Virus record (IMG/VR): IMGVR_UViG_3300030419_003648
Coordinates: 35,883-99,882 of that record
Reading direction: 5' to 3' (one strand)
DNA from: a virus
DNA length: 64,000 nt
Below the pieces are notes generated by a model. That model was not told where the DNA came from. It saw only the letters and a list, made by a program, of their open reading frames with translations, and did no database searches. Below, in pieces: positions 8,293-17,780 of this stretch (the first letter of the stretch is position 1; each line of letters opens with the position of its first letter). The translations under genes were made by a program, and so were the position numbers.

Positions 8293-10211
8293 ATTGGACA
8301 CCTTTACACCTGCATAGCCATTACAGCCTCCTAGACGGCCTCTCAAAGCCTTCTCAGATAGCTTCTCGGTGTGCGAACCTTGGTTTTGAATCTTGCGCTC
8401 TAACGGATCACGGGACGATCTCTGGCGCTGTCGCATTTTCTAAAGCAATGAGGCAAAAGAATATCAAGCCAATACTCGGTTGTGAGTTCTACCTAAGCCA
8501 GCAAGATTGCACGGTTAAGTCCGAAGAAAATAGAAAACTGAGTCATCTCTGTGTCATTGCAAAGAATAAGAAAGGTTGGGGTCAGCTTATACAGGCGACT
8601 TCAAGAAGTAACGATGAAGAAAATTTCTATTATAAGCCTCGTCTTGATCTTGATACTCTAGGTCAATACGCAGATGGAAACTTGATAGCTTTTAGCGGAC
8701 ATCTTGGAAGTGATTTAGCAAATGTGATTTTCACTGATATTAAATCTGGTTATCAGGCTACAACTTTAGATGAGTTCAAAAGGTATACTCATGCTGACTG
8801 GCCTGAGAGAGTTTCCAAGTTAGCTCATAGGTATCGAGATATATTTGGTAAAGATAATTTCTTCCTTGAAGTGCAATCAATAGACCAAGAGAATTCCATT
8901 GCAGCTAAGATGGTCGCTGAAGGAATGAGATATGTAGCGAATAAATACGACTTCAGAACTGTAGCTACAGCTGACTCTCACTACCCTGAACAAAAAGATG
9001 CAGGAGATCAACTTCTACTTCTCTGCTCAGCGATGAGAACAACCCTTAGAGGTGTGAAAAAGAAAATCCAAGCCAATGAAGATGTGGCATTTTCTGGCTT
9101 TATGAAGTCAACAAATTTTCATATTCCAACATTAGAAGAAATACAATCAGTCAATTCGTCAAAAGAGATTGATACTTCTATGGAAATAGCGAGTATGTGC
9201 GAAGACTACGACATACTCGGCCAACCTATGCTCCCAGAATTTGAATGTCCTGAAAATAAATCAGAAGAAGCGCATCTAAGACAGTTGTGCCGTGATGGTT
9301 GGCGCGATAAGCTGTCTGGAATTTTGACAAAAGATCAAAAGAACGAATACACCGAAAGAATTAAAAAAGAACTTGATGTCATAAGCAGTGCTAAACTGTC
9401 TGGCTACTTCCTTATTGTCAGAGATATAGTTAACAGTGTCAGGTCTAGAAATCATATACCCGGTCCGGGAAGAGGTTCTGCTGCTGGATGCTTAGTTTCT
9501 TATCTGATTGGGATTACACAATTAGACCCTATCAGATACGGTTTAATCTTTGAACGCTTTTATAACGCAGGAAGAAATACAGGTGGGCATGTATCGCTTC
9601 CAGATATTGATATTGACGTTCCAGCTACTAAACGAGACGAAACTATAGACTATATCAGAAGTAAATATGGTAATGATCGTGTTGGTCAAATGGTCACGTT
9701 TGGAAGGCTTCAAGGTAGAAGCGCGTTAAAAGAAGTTCTTAGAATGAATGACGCTTGTAGTTATGACGAAATGAACGCTATCACTAAAAGCCTTCCTCAC
9801 GAACACGAAGTGTCTGATCAATTAGCTGAAATGGACGAACCGTCTGTAATTCAATGGACGTTAATGAATCAGCCGGATTCACTGAAAGATTATTGCCGAT
9901 TAAATGACGATGGTAATCTTGAAGGCGACTACGCCAAATTATTTGCGCAGGCCATGCGTATAGAAGGCACATTTAAATCACAAGGAAAACACGCCGCTGG
10001 AGTCGTGATCTCTTCCCATAAACTAGATGAAGTTTGTCCAATGGTTAGAGATAAGAAAGGCGCTGAGAAGATAGCAGGGCTTGAAATGAACGACCTAGAA
10101 GCAATGGGACATGTAAAGTTTGACATTTTAGGAATTTCCCTAATGGACAAAATCATGGGGATCAGAGATAAATTGGAGGAGGACGATGACCAAGAAAACT
10201 TGGAAAGATAA
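8289..10211 (+). CDS. dnaE: DNA polymerase III alpha, N-terminal part (PHP + palm/thumb)
   Basis: HLHSHYSLLDG, LTDHG, ADSHY, GPGRGSAAG, FERF, PDIDID, HAAGVVIS, KFDILG; ends just after the third catalytic Asp. Confidence 0.93.
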   Translation: MNWTPLHLHSHYSLLDGLSKPSQIASRCANLGFESCALTDHGTISGAVAFSKAMRQKNIKPILGCEFYLSQQDCTVKSEENRKLSHLCVIAKNKKGWGQLIQATSRSNDEENFYYKPRLDLDTLGQYADGNLIAFSGHLGSDLANVIFTDIKSGYQATTLDEFKRYTHADWPERVSKLAHRYRDIFGKDNFFLEVQSIDQENSIAAKMVAEGMRYVANKYDFRTVATADSHYPEQKDAGDQLLLLCSAMRTTLRGVKKKIQANEDVAFSGFMKSTNFHIPTLEEIQSVNSSKEIDTSMEIASMCEDYDILGQPMLPEFECPENKSEEAHLRQLCRDGWRDKLSGILTKDQKNEYTERIKKELDVISSAKLSGYFLIVRDIVNSVRSRNHIPGPGRGSAAGCLVSYLIGITQLDPIRYGLIFERFYNAGRNTGGHVSLPDIDIDVPATKRDETIDYIRSKYGNDRVGQMVTFGRLQGRSALKEVLRMNDACSYDEMNAITKSLPHEHEVSDQLAEMDEPSVIQWTLMNQPDSLKDYCRLNDDGNLEGDYAKLFAQAMRIEGTFKSQGKHAAGVVISSHKLDEVCPMVRDKKGAEKIAGLEMNDLEAMGHVKFDILGISLMDKIMGIRDKLEEDDDQENLER

Positions 10212-10404
10212 AATTCGGGACAAAATTCAAAACGGAAGATACGAAGAATACAAAGGTCTTTCCATTTGCAAAATAAACGATTTCTACCAACCAATGAACC
10301 GGAAGGTAAGATACCAAGTCCACTCGTATCGTTTCAGCGGACTTTTTGAAGATATTGAAGAAGCATTGGATAAATTTTTTGAGATTAAGAGGAAAATAAG
10401 ATGA
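10186..10404 (+). CDS. small hypothetical protein
   Basis: 72 aa, strong GGAGGAGG Shine-Dalgarno, ATGA overlap with dnaQ. Confidence 0.7.
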   Translation: MTKKTWKDKIRDKIQNGRYEEYKGLSICKINDFYQPMNRKVRYQVHSYRFSGLFEDIEEALDKFFEIKRKIR

Positions 10405-11081
10405 ATTACAAAGACATTATTGTTTTTGACTTTGAAACAGGTTCTAGGAATCCGCACAAAACACAACCAGTCCAGATCGCAGCTGTAGCGATTCACGGAA
10501 GAAAGCTGACCATTCAGCCTGACGGAGAGTTTAACAGTCTTATCAGGCCAGTGCTGGACGATGAAGAGGCCATAAAGCTAGGATTAGACCCTATTGAAGA
10601 CGAAGCCTTAGCTGTGAATGGAAAGACCAGAGAAGAGCTTGCCAAAGCTCCTCAACCAAAAGTGGTTTGGGATAAGTTTGCAAATTTTGTAAACAGGTAC
10701 AATTTCAAAAAAACACCTTATTATGCCCCAATCGCTGCTGGATACAACATAATCGGCTTCGATCTGCCGATAGTACAAAGGATGTGTGAAAAATATGGGC
10801 CAGTTGACAAGAAAACTGGTCAGCAAACACTCTTCAATAAAATTCACAAAGTTGATATGCTTGATATTGTCTGGATGTGGATGGAGAATAATGCCGATGT
10901 TAAATCTCTGAGCATGGATTCAATGCGTGATTTACTAGGTATGTCTAAAGAAAATGCGCATGACGCTTTGCAGGACGTTAAGGATACAGCTTTGATGATG
11001 ATATCCTTCATGAAATTCCACCGAAAAATTGCACCAAAAGTAAAATTTGAGAAAGCCTTTGCAGATGGCCGAGACTTTTAA
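10401..11081 (+). CDS. dnaQ: DEDDh 3'-5' exonuclease (DNA pol III epsilon-like)
   Basis: ExoI FDFETG, ExoII GYNIIGFD, ExoIII HDALQD. Confidence 0.88.
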   Translation: MNYKDIIVFDFETGSRNPHKTQPVQIAAVAIHGRKLTIQPDGEFNSLIRPVLDDEEAIKLGLDPIEDEALAVNGKTREELAKAPQPKVVWDKFANFVNRYNFKKTPYYAPIAAGYNIIGFDLPIVQRMCEKYGPVDKKTGQQTLFNKIHKVDMLDIVWMWMENNADVKSLSMDSMRDLLGMSKENAHDALQDVKDTALMMISFMKFHRKIAPKVKFEKAFADGRDF

Positions 11082-12657
11082 TTTAATTGAAGATGATAGC
11101 TTTGCCGACGAAGCTACTTGGGACTTAATATGCTCAGGAAAGACTAAAGGTGTTTTCCAACTAGAAAGCAACTTGGGTAAGTCTTGGGCAAAAAGAGTCA
11201 AACCAAGAAACATTGAAGAACTAGCAGCCCTGCTGTCAATAATAAGACCCGGAACATTGAAGGCTATACAAGATGGCAAATCAATGACCCAAAGGTTTGT
11301 TGATAGGAAAAATGGGTCTGAAAAGATTACTTACCCACACCCATCTTTAGAGCCTATACTCAAAACAACCCAAGGGGTTCTTGTGTATCAAGAGCAGTCT
11401 ATGCAGATTGCTCAAATGCTTGCTGGTTTTGATCTTCAAGAGGCAGATAACCTTCGTAAAGCAATCGGTAAGAAAAAAGCCGATCTAATGGCGAAAGTCA
11501 AAAAGGCATTTCTAGCTGGAGCTATTAAAGAGGGGATTGTTGATAAGGACACCGCTGAGGAAATCTTCAGTTGGATTGAGAAGTCCAGTCGTTACGCATT
11601 TAATAAGTCTCATGCGGTTTCGTATGCAGTATGTGCTTATTGGAGCGCTTTTTGTAAAGCTCATCACCAACTAGAATTTTACTGCAATTATTTGATCTAC
11701 TCTTCAGGCAAGCCAGACCCTCATCAAGAAGTCAGAGAGCTTGTCAACGATGCAAAGAATAATGAAATCTATATCAGCCCTCCATCAATAAAGAGCTTAA
11801 ATGTTCAGACTGACATAATTGATGGCCGTATACATTTCGGCATGTCTAATGTTAAGTCTATTGGCGTAAAGCATATAGAAAAATTCAAATCAATAATTAA
11901 AGAAGTAGAAGAGCAGATAAACAAACCATTCATTGAATGGTCTTGGTATGATTTTTTGGTCTTGGCTTCGCAAAAGGTCAATAGGCCGGTGGTGATCGCT
12001 TTATGTTCGATTGGATTCTTTTCGCATTTGCCAGAGACCAGAACGGAAATGTTAGATAGGTTCCACACTTGGGGTCAACTTACTAAAAAGGAACAAGAGT
12101 GGGCGGTCGAAAACCATTCCAAATTTACCTGCATTGAAAAGATATTGAGCAAAATGGTTCCTGTCAAGAAAGAGGGCGGAGCTACATTCAATAAAAAGCG
12201 CTCTGACATGCTGCGCGACCTTTTGAACGAAATGCAGAATCCATCAAGTCCAATGTCTGACTCTAGACGGTGGGTTATACAAGAAGAAGAAAGGTACTTA
12301 GGGGTAGCTTTAACATACTCTAGAATTGAAGCCTGCAACACGAACCTAGCAAATACCACGATCAAAGAGTTTTTAGATGGTAAGCGAGGCGACATTAAAA
12401 TGGCTGTTACCATTTCCGATGTCAAAAAATGGGTAACTAAAAACGGTAAGATGAAAGGTTCTGAAATGGCATTTCTTTGTGTAGAAGATACCACTGGAAC
12501 TTTAGACACGGTAACAGTGTTTTCTGACCAGTGGCAAGAGAACAAAGGTATACTGTATACTGGTAACAATGTTATAATTTCTGGCACATCATCGAAAGAC
12601 AAAAGACGACAAATTGACGATGGTTTCATTGTCAACAGCGTTATAGAATTAAGTTGA
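11065..12657 (+). CDS. dnaE: DNA polymerase III alpha, C-terminal part (fingers, HhH, OB fold)
   Basis: GVFQLES, IRPG, VYQEQ.MQIAQ.LAGF, LRKAIGKKK, YAFNKSHAVSY, VKSIG, MAFL.VEDTTG; probable start ATG 11065. Confidence 0.92.
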   Translation: MAETFNLIEDDSFADEATWDLICSGKTKGVFQLESNLGKSWAKRVKPRNIEELAALLSIIRPGTLKAIQDGKSMTQRFVDRKNGSEKITYPHPSLEPILKTTQGVLVYQEQSMQIAQMLAGFDLQEADNLRKAIGKKKADLMAKVKKAFLAGAIKEGIVDKDTAEEIFSWIEKSSRYAFNKSHAVSYAVCAYWSAFCKAHHQLEFYCNYLIYSSGKPDPHQEVRELVNDAKNNEIYISPPSIKSLNVQTDIIDGRIHFGMSNVKSIGVKHIEKFKSIIKEVEEQINKPFIEWSWYDFLVLASQKVNRPVVIALCSIGFFSHLPETRTEMLDRFHTWGQLTKKEQEWAVENHSKFTCIEKILSKMVPVKKEGGATFNKKRSDMLRDLLNEMQNPSSPMSDSRRWVIQEEERYLGVALTYSRIEACNTNLANTTIKEFLDGKRGDIKMAVTISDVKKWVTKNGKMKGSEMAFLCVEDTTGTLDTVTVFSDQWQENKGILYTGNNVIISGTSSKDKRRQIDDGFIVNSVIELS

Positions 12658-12682
12658 CGAAAATCAAAAAGAACAGTATGAT
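12654..12682 (+). promoter_or_regulatory. sigma70-type promoter upstream of ssb
   Basis: TTGACG (12654-12659), 17 nt spacer, TATGAT (12677-12682), in one of the few intergenic gaps. Confidence 0.7.
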
Positions 12683-12714
12683 ATTTGTATCGTATTGCAA
12701 TTTAGAGGGAAAGT

Positions 12715-13071
12715 ATGAATACAATTTCTAATTATTGCCGCTTTATAGGACGGTTAGTTCAAGATCCAAAGACTGTAAAATTTGAAAATACGGAGCTTTG
12801 CACTTTTACGCTAGCTGTCACTGAGTACAGAAGAGAAAAAGATGGCAACAAAAAAAAGAATGTCAATTTTTTTGACTTTGAAGCATGGGACTCTGGCGGT
12901 TCAACTATTCAAAAACACTGTAGTAAAGGCGACATAATTGATTTGGTGGCATCTGCCAGAAACAATTCTTGGACAGATAAGGATGGTAAGAAAAGATTCT
13001 CAACAAAGTTCAGAGTCAAAGAATTCAAACTCTTTGGAAATCAGCAAAAGCAAAAAACTGAAAAAAGCTGA
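12715..13071 (+). CDS. ssb: single-stranded DNA-binding protein
   Basis: N..FIGRLVQDP, FTLAV, FFDFEAW, KGD, WTDKDGKKR; no acidic C-terminal tail. Confidence 0.88.
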   Translation: MNTISNYCRFIGRLVQDPKTVKFENTELCTFTLAVTEYRREKDGNKKKNVNFFDFEAWDSGGSTIQKHCSKGDIIDLVASARNNSWTDKDGKKRFSTKFRVKEFKLFGNQQKQKTEKS

Positions 13072-13561
13072 AAAAGAAAAACTGAAAACACAAAAAGAGC
13101 TTGAAGAAGAACTAGTTCATGAACACTATGGGTTAGTTGTGTCTCAGGCTCTTTCTTTTTTCTATAGCTCATACTTTGATGACTATATTCAAGCCGGTCT
13201 AATAGGACTACTCAAGGCTATAAGAAACTACAATAGCGACAAATCAAAGTTCAGCACCTTTGCAACAGTTTGCATACGCAACGAAATGGTGACTTTTGAT
13301 AGAAAAATAAAGAAGAAAAGCTTCAGCAACATAGTCTTTGACACAGAGAACATTGAAATCTTTGTGAAAGATAAAAACAAAGAACCTTTACCAAAAGACT
13401 GGCTTCCTAATTCACTTACAGAAGAAGACAGGTTTATAATAGAATTAAAACTACAAAATTATACTAACAAAGAAATATGTAGTTTTTTGAGCTGCTCAAA
13501 GTATGTACTTTCTAACAAGATAAAAAATATTTCAGCAAAAGTAAAAGAGCATAACAAATGA
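13034..13561 (+). CDS. RNA polymerase sigma factor (sigma70 family, regions 2 and 4)
   Basis: DDYIQAGLIGLLKAIRNY..KSKFSTFATVCIRNEM (region 2) and an HTH-like C-terminus; start codon uncertain (12938/12983/13034). Confidence 0.8.
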   Translation: MEISKSKKLKKAEKEKLKTQKELEEELVHEHYGLVVSQALSFFYSSYFDDYIQAGLIGLLKAIRNYNSDKSKFSTFATVCIRNEMVTFDRKIKKKSFSNIVFDTENIEIFVKDKNKEPLPKDWLPNSLTEEDRFIIELKLQNYTNKEICSFLSCSKYVLSNKIKNISAKVKEHNK

Positions 13562-15192
13562 GAAAGAAGAGAATACTTTTTTGCGGAGAGGCTACATATC
13601 TAAACACTGGATATGCTACCTATGGTAGAGAAGTTCTCAAGAGGCTTCACTCTACTGGCAAGTATGAGATAGCAGAATTTGCTAGTTACGGCTCAGAAAA
13701 AGATCCTAGATGCTCTACCATTCCGTGGACTTTCTATGGCAACATGCCAGACCCTAACGACAAGGCTCAAATGCAAGAGTATGAGTCTATACCAACAAAT
13801 CAATTTGGTGAGTGGAGATTTGAAGCTGTCTTGTTAGATTTTCTTCCTGATATTGTTTTTGATATCAGGGACTTTTGGATGTTCGACTACCAAAATAGAT
13901 CTCCATTTAGAAATTATTTTAATTGGACTATTATGCCAACTGTTGATGCGGCTCCACAAAATGAGCAATGGTTGGACACTTTTATAAGTGCCGATGCTGT
14001 ATTCAATTATTCAGATTGGGGTTGGGACGTAATAAACAAAGAGTCTAATGGAAAAATAAACTGCTTAGGATCAGCACCTCCTTCTGCCGACTCTGCTTAT
14101 CAACCAGTAGAAGACAAAGCCGAACACAAAGAATCTATGGGGTTCACAAAAGATACCAAGATAATTGGTACTGTGATGAGAAACCAAAGAAGAAAGCTGT
14201 TTCCAGACTTGTTTGAAGCGTTTAGAAAATTTCTAGACAATTCTGGAAGAACAGATGTCTTGCTTTATTGTCATACAAGCTATCCTGATTTGGGATGGGA
14301 TATACCAAAACTGCTTTTGAAATATAAGCTTTCGTCAAAAGTTTTATTCACTTACGTTTGCAACAACTGTGGACATACTTTTCCGTCATTCTTTTCAGAC
14401 GCAAGAAGAAAATGCCCAAAATGTGGACAATTTGCAGCTGGCCTTTCAAGCGTACAAAAGGGAGCGTCTTACGAATATTTATCAAGCATAATGAATTTAT
14501 TTGACTTGTACGTTCAATATGCAAACAGTGAAGGGTTCGGTCTTCCTCAAGTCGAAGCTGCGGCTTGTGGAGTTCCCGTAATGAGCGTTGACTACTCAGC
14601 CATGAGCAGCGTTGTAAGAAAGTTAGATGGCTTTCCAGTAAAACCTAAAGCCCTGTACAACGAAGTTGAAACTGGTTGCAATAGAGCCGTTCCAGATAAT
14701 GACCATGCAGCTGAACAAATGCAAAAGTTCTTCGATATGACGGATGCAGAGCAGCAAACATTGTCAAAAAATACTAGATTGAACTTTGAAAAATATTACC
14801 AGTGGGACAAGACTGCTAAAAAATGGGAAGACTATTTTGATTCAGTAGAAATCAGACCTATTGAACAAACATGGAAATCTCCCCCAAGAATACACCAACC
14901 CTCAAACACAATACCTCAAAACCTTTCACCAGCACAATTTGCTAAGTGGCTTATAACAGATGTCTTAGGCGAGCCAGAAAGATTGAATACATATTTTGAG
15001 TCTAGGCTGTTAAGAGACTTAAATTATGGAATGTACATTCAGGGTACAGGAGAAATGTATTTGAATGAGGATTCTTATAAGTTCATAAAGCCCGTATATG
15101 AAAAGTTTGAAAAGCAAGAAGCTTACAACATGATGGTAGGATTATGCAACCGACGCAATCAATGGGAAGCAGCTAGGAGTAAACTTCAATGA
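13558..15192 (+). CDS. GT4-like glycosyltransferase with Zn-ribbon insertion
   Basis: TGYA.YG, RNQRRK, EGFGLPQVEAAACGVPV; CNNC...CPKC insert. Confidence 0.85.
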   Translation: MRKKRILFCGEATYLNTGYATYGREVLKRLHSTGKYEIAEFASYGSEKDPRCSTIPWTFYGNMPDPNDKAQMQEYESIPTNQFGEWRFEAVLLDFLPDIVFDIRDFWMFDYQNRSPFRNYFNWTIMPTVDAAPQNEQWLDTFISADAVFNYSDWGWDVINKESNGKINCLGSAPPSADSAYQPVEDKAEHKESMGFTKDTKIIGTVMRNQRRKLFPDLFEAFRKFLDNSGRTDVLLYCHTSYPDLGWDIPKLLLKYKLSSKVLFTYVCNNCGHTFPSFFSDARRKCPKCGQFAAGLSSVQKGASYEYLSSIMNLFDLYVQYANSEGFGLPQVEAAACGVPVMSVDYSAMSSVVRKLDGFPVKPKALYNEVETGCNRAVPDNDHAAEQMQKFFDMTDAEQQTLSKNTRLNFEKYYQWDKTAKKWEDYFDSVEIRPIEQTWKSPPRIHQPSNTIPQNLSPAQFAKWLITDVLGEPERLNTYFESRLLRDLNYGMYIQGTGEMYLNEDSYKFIKPVYEKFEKQEAYNMMVGLCNRRNQWEAARSKLQ

Positions 15193-16310
15193 AAGTCTTA
15201 TACATAGGCTGTTACAGAGATGGTACTGGTTGGGGTCAAGCGGCTACTGACTACATATTGTCATTAGATAGTATTGGCGTACAAGTAGTACCTCGTCCAG
15301 TAAAATTGAATTCTAATCTAATTGAACTTCACCCTAGAATAGCTCAGCTCGAAAATAGAGATTCTAGTGGTTGTGATATTTGCATTCAGCATGTTCTTCC
15401 TCATATGATGGATCATAATCCTAGATTCAAAAAGAACATAGCTTTATACGCTACAGAAACAAGCAACTTCAAAAGATCTGGCTGGTCTAGAAGAATCAAT
15501 TTCATGGATGAGGCTTGGGTTATCAACAACCAAATGGTTGAAGCCTCAAGAAACAGCGGAGTAGAAATACCCATAAAGGTTGTCCCGCACGCAACTAACT
15601 TTGGAAAATTTGATACTAATTACAACAAAATAGAATTTCTAGACAACGACACTTTCAAATTTTATTTTATTGGTGAGCTAAACGAAAGAAAAAACCTAAG
15701 AGCATTTTTGAAAGCTTTTCACTCTGAGTTTAGAAAATCTGACAATGTTTCAATAGTCATCAAAACAAGCAAGCACGGAGTATCACCAGAACAGTGCGCG
15801 TCTGAAGTTAGAGACATATGCAACGAAGTTAAGGTTGGTTTAAAACTATACCCTAATCTTAACGATTACAAAGAAGATTTAATAATCACAGACAGACTAA
15901 GCGAAGTAGACATGATGAGGCTTCATGCAAGTTGTGACTGTTTTGTGATGCCAAGTTACGGAGAGGCTTGGTCTATACCTTGTTTTGACGCTATGGGATT
16001 TGGAAAAACCCCAATATGCACAAACATTGGAGGTATGTCTGATTTTATTGGTAACGCAGGATTTCTAATAGAAGGAAGACAAGAGCCTGTTTATGGCATG
16101 TTAAATACGTTTCCATACTTATTTACGGCAGAAGAAGAATGGTGTTCTATAGACATCAGTGAATTAAAGAAAGTCATGCGGCATGTGTACGAGAATAGAG
16201 AATCTCTAGAGGAGATGCGAAACTTGGGAGCTAAAAACGCTTATGACTATTCATACCCTAAGATTGGAGCATTGATGAAGAAGTTAATAGAGGAGAGCAA
16301 TGATGATTAG
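15189..16310 (+). CDS. GT4-like glycosyltransferase
   Basis: ERKN, DCFVMPSYGEAWSIPCFDAMGFGK. Confidence 0.85.
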   Translation: MKVLYIGCYRDGTGWGQAATDYILSLDSIGVQVVPRPVKLNSNLIELHPRIAQLENRDSSGCDICIQHVLPHMMDHNPRFKKNIALYATETSNFKRSGWSRRINFMDEAWVINNQMVEASRNSGVEIPIKVVPHATNFGKFDTNYNKIEFLDNDTFKFYFIGELNERKNLRAFLKAFHSEFRKSDNVSIVIKTSKHGVSPEQCASEVRDICNEVKVGLKLYPNLNDYKEDLIITDRLSEVDMMRLHASCDCFVMPSYGEAWSIPCFDAMGFGKTPICTNIGGMSDFIGNAGFLIEGRQEPVYGMLNTFPYLFTAEEEWCSIDISELKKVMRHVYENRESLEEMRNLGAKNAYDYSYPKIGALMKKLIEESNDD

Positions 16311-17319
16311 TCCTGTTACTTCCATCACAAGAGCTGCTACCAGAAGGATAAAAGAGCCTCTTAACATACTTACATTTCCCACGCACGAGAGATATGAAAG
16401 TATGCTCGCTAAATGCGGACATAACTTCTATGCGTATAGGGCGCAGGGTATAAAAGATTGGAACACTAACTACGCTGATATACCTGATAATTATTTCTTA
16501 TTAGATCCAGATTTAGGCGAAGAGCAGATACCAGAACATGTGGACTTCGACCTTGTTTTGTCTCAAAATAAATTTGGGCAATTTCAAATAGCTAAAAAAT
16601 TAGCTGGAATGTTACATCTACCCCTTGTAAGCCTTGAACACACACTTCCAATCCCGACTTGGGGCGAGGATGTGTTAGAATCCACAAGACAAATGAGAGG
16701 TCATCTAAATCTATTCATATCTAGATACAGCATAGACGCTTGGGGATGGCAAGAAGGCAAAGATACATTGGTGATAACACACGGTGTTGATACCGATTTG
16801 TTTAAACCAAATGATAAAGTAGAAAGAGAAGACCATATCCTGTCTGTGGTGAACGACTGGATTAATAGAGATTGGTGTTGTGGTTTTGGTATTTGGCAAA
16901 ACGTCATAAAGGGGCTTCCCTTTAAGGTGGTAGGCGACACTCCGGGCTTGTCAGAGCCAGCGTCTTCTACGGAAGAGCTTGTCGCCTCCTACCAAAACAG
17001 CAGAATTTTTCTCAACACTTCTACTATTTCTCCGGTTCCAACAGCGCTGCTAGAGGCCATGTCTTGTGGTTGTGCTATTGTGACTACTGCTACATGTATG
17101 ATTCCTGAAATAGTGGAAAACGGAGTAAATGGTTTTATCAGTAATGACATGGATGAACTCAAAGAGTATTTAGTCATGCTTCTAAACGATGAAGATCTTG
17201 CTGAAAAAATGGGAAAAGCAGCGAGAAAGACTATAGTAGACAGGTTTTCTGTAGAACGATTTGCTTCAAAGTGGGACTTTATACTAAACACTGCTTCTAA
17301 AAAGGTTTTTGTGGGATGA
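16300..17319 (+). CDS. GT4-like glycosyltransferase
   Basis: HGVDTDLF, PTALLEAMSCGCAIV, PEIVENGVNG. Confidence 0.87.
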   Translation: MMISPVTSITRAATRRIKEPLNILTFPTHERYESMLAKCGHNFYAYRAQGIKDWNTNYADIPDNYFLLDPDLGEEQIPEHVDFDLVLSQNKFGQFQIAKKLAGMLHLPLVSLEHTLPIPTWGEDVLESTRQMRGHLNLFISRYSIDAWGWQEGKDTLVITHGVDTDLFKPNDKVEREDHILSVVNDWINRDWCCGFGIWQNVIKGLPFKVVGDTPGLSEPASSTEELVASYQNSRIFLNTSTISPVPTALLEAMSCGCAIVTTATCMIPEIVENGVNGFISNDMDELKEYLVMLLNDEDLAEKMGKAARKTIVDRFSVERFASKWDFILNTASKKVFVG

Positions 17320-17780
17320 AAGTAAGAATAACAGTAGGCGAAGAAACCAAACTAAATGGGTATCTGAATATAGACCCTATTACTAAGTTTGACGACGTTG
17401 CTGTAGATATTAGAAATATCGACGAAGTCGTAGAAAATGCTTCTTGTAAAGAGCTTATATCCGATCATATATTAGGTTTTTTAGAAAAAGAGGAAGCGAT
17501 TAGAGTGCTAAAGGGGTATATGAAAAAAATACGCCATAATGGTACTATAATAGTGTCGGAAATAGACTCTTACGAAGTGGCAAGGTCTTTCTACAGGAAA
17601 GAAATAGACTCTGACTTTTTTAACAAGGCTGTGCATGGAAACTTTTCTCATCCTTGGGATGTGAAAATGAGCAGTTACACTTTAGAAGAATTAGCTGATA
17701 TTCTTGCTTCCGGCGGATTTAAAATAATTAAAAAAAGATTAAACGGTATTAGACTAACAATAGAGGCCCAAAGACCATGA
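17316..17780 (+). CDS. SAM-methyltransferase-like protein (degenerate)
   Basis: GYLNID..D.RN...DHIL pattern of small class I methyltransferases; the glycine-rich motif I is eroded. Confidence 0.5.
   Translation: MKVRITVGEETKLNGYLNIDPITKFDDVAVDIRNIDEVVENASCKELISDHILGFLEKEEAIRVLKGYMKKIRHNGTIIVSEIDSYEVARSFYRKEIDSDFFNKAVHGNFSHPWDVKMSSYTLEELADILASGGFKIIKKRLNGIRLTIEAQRP

Noticed and set aside
10100-11160. Split intein or simple frameshift/pseudogene explanation for the two dnaE parts
   Set aside because: No intein motifs at either end. Both halves keep their catalytic motifs and are separated by two intact, coupled genes.
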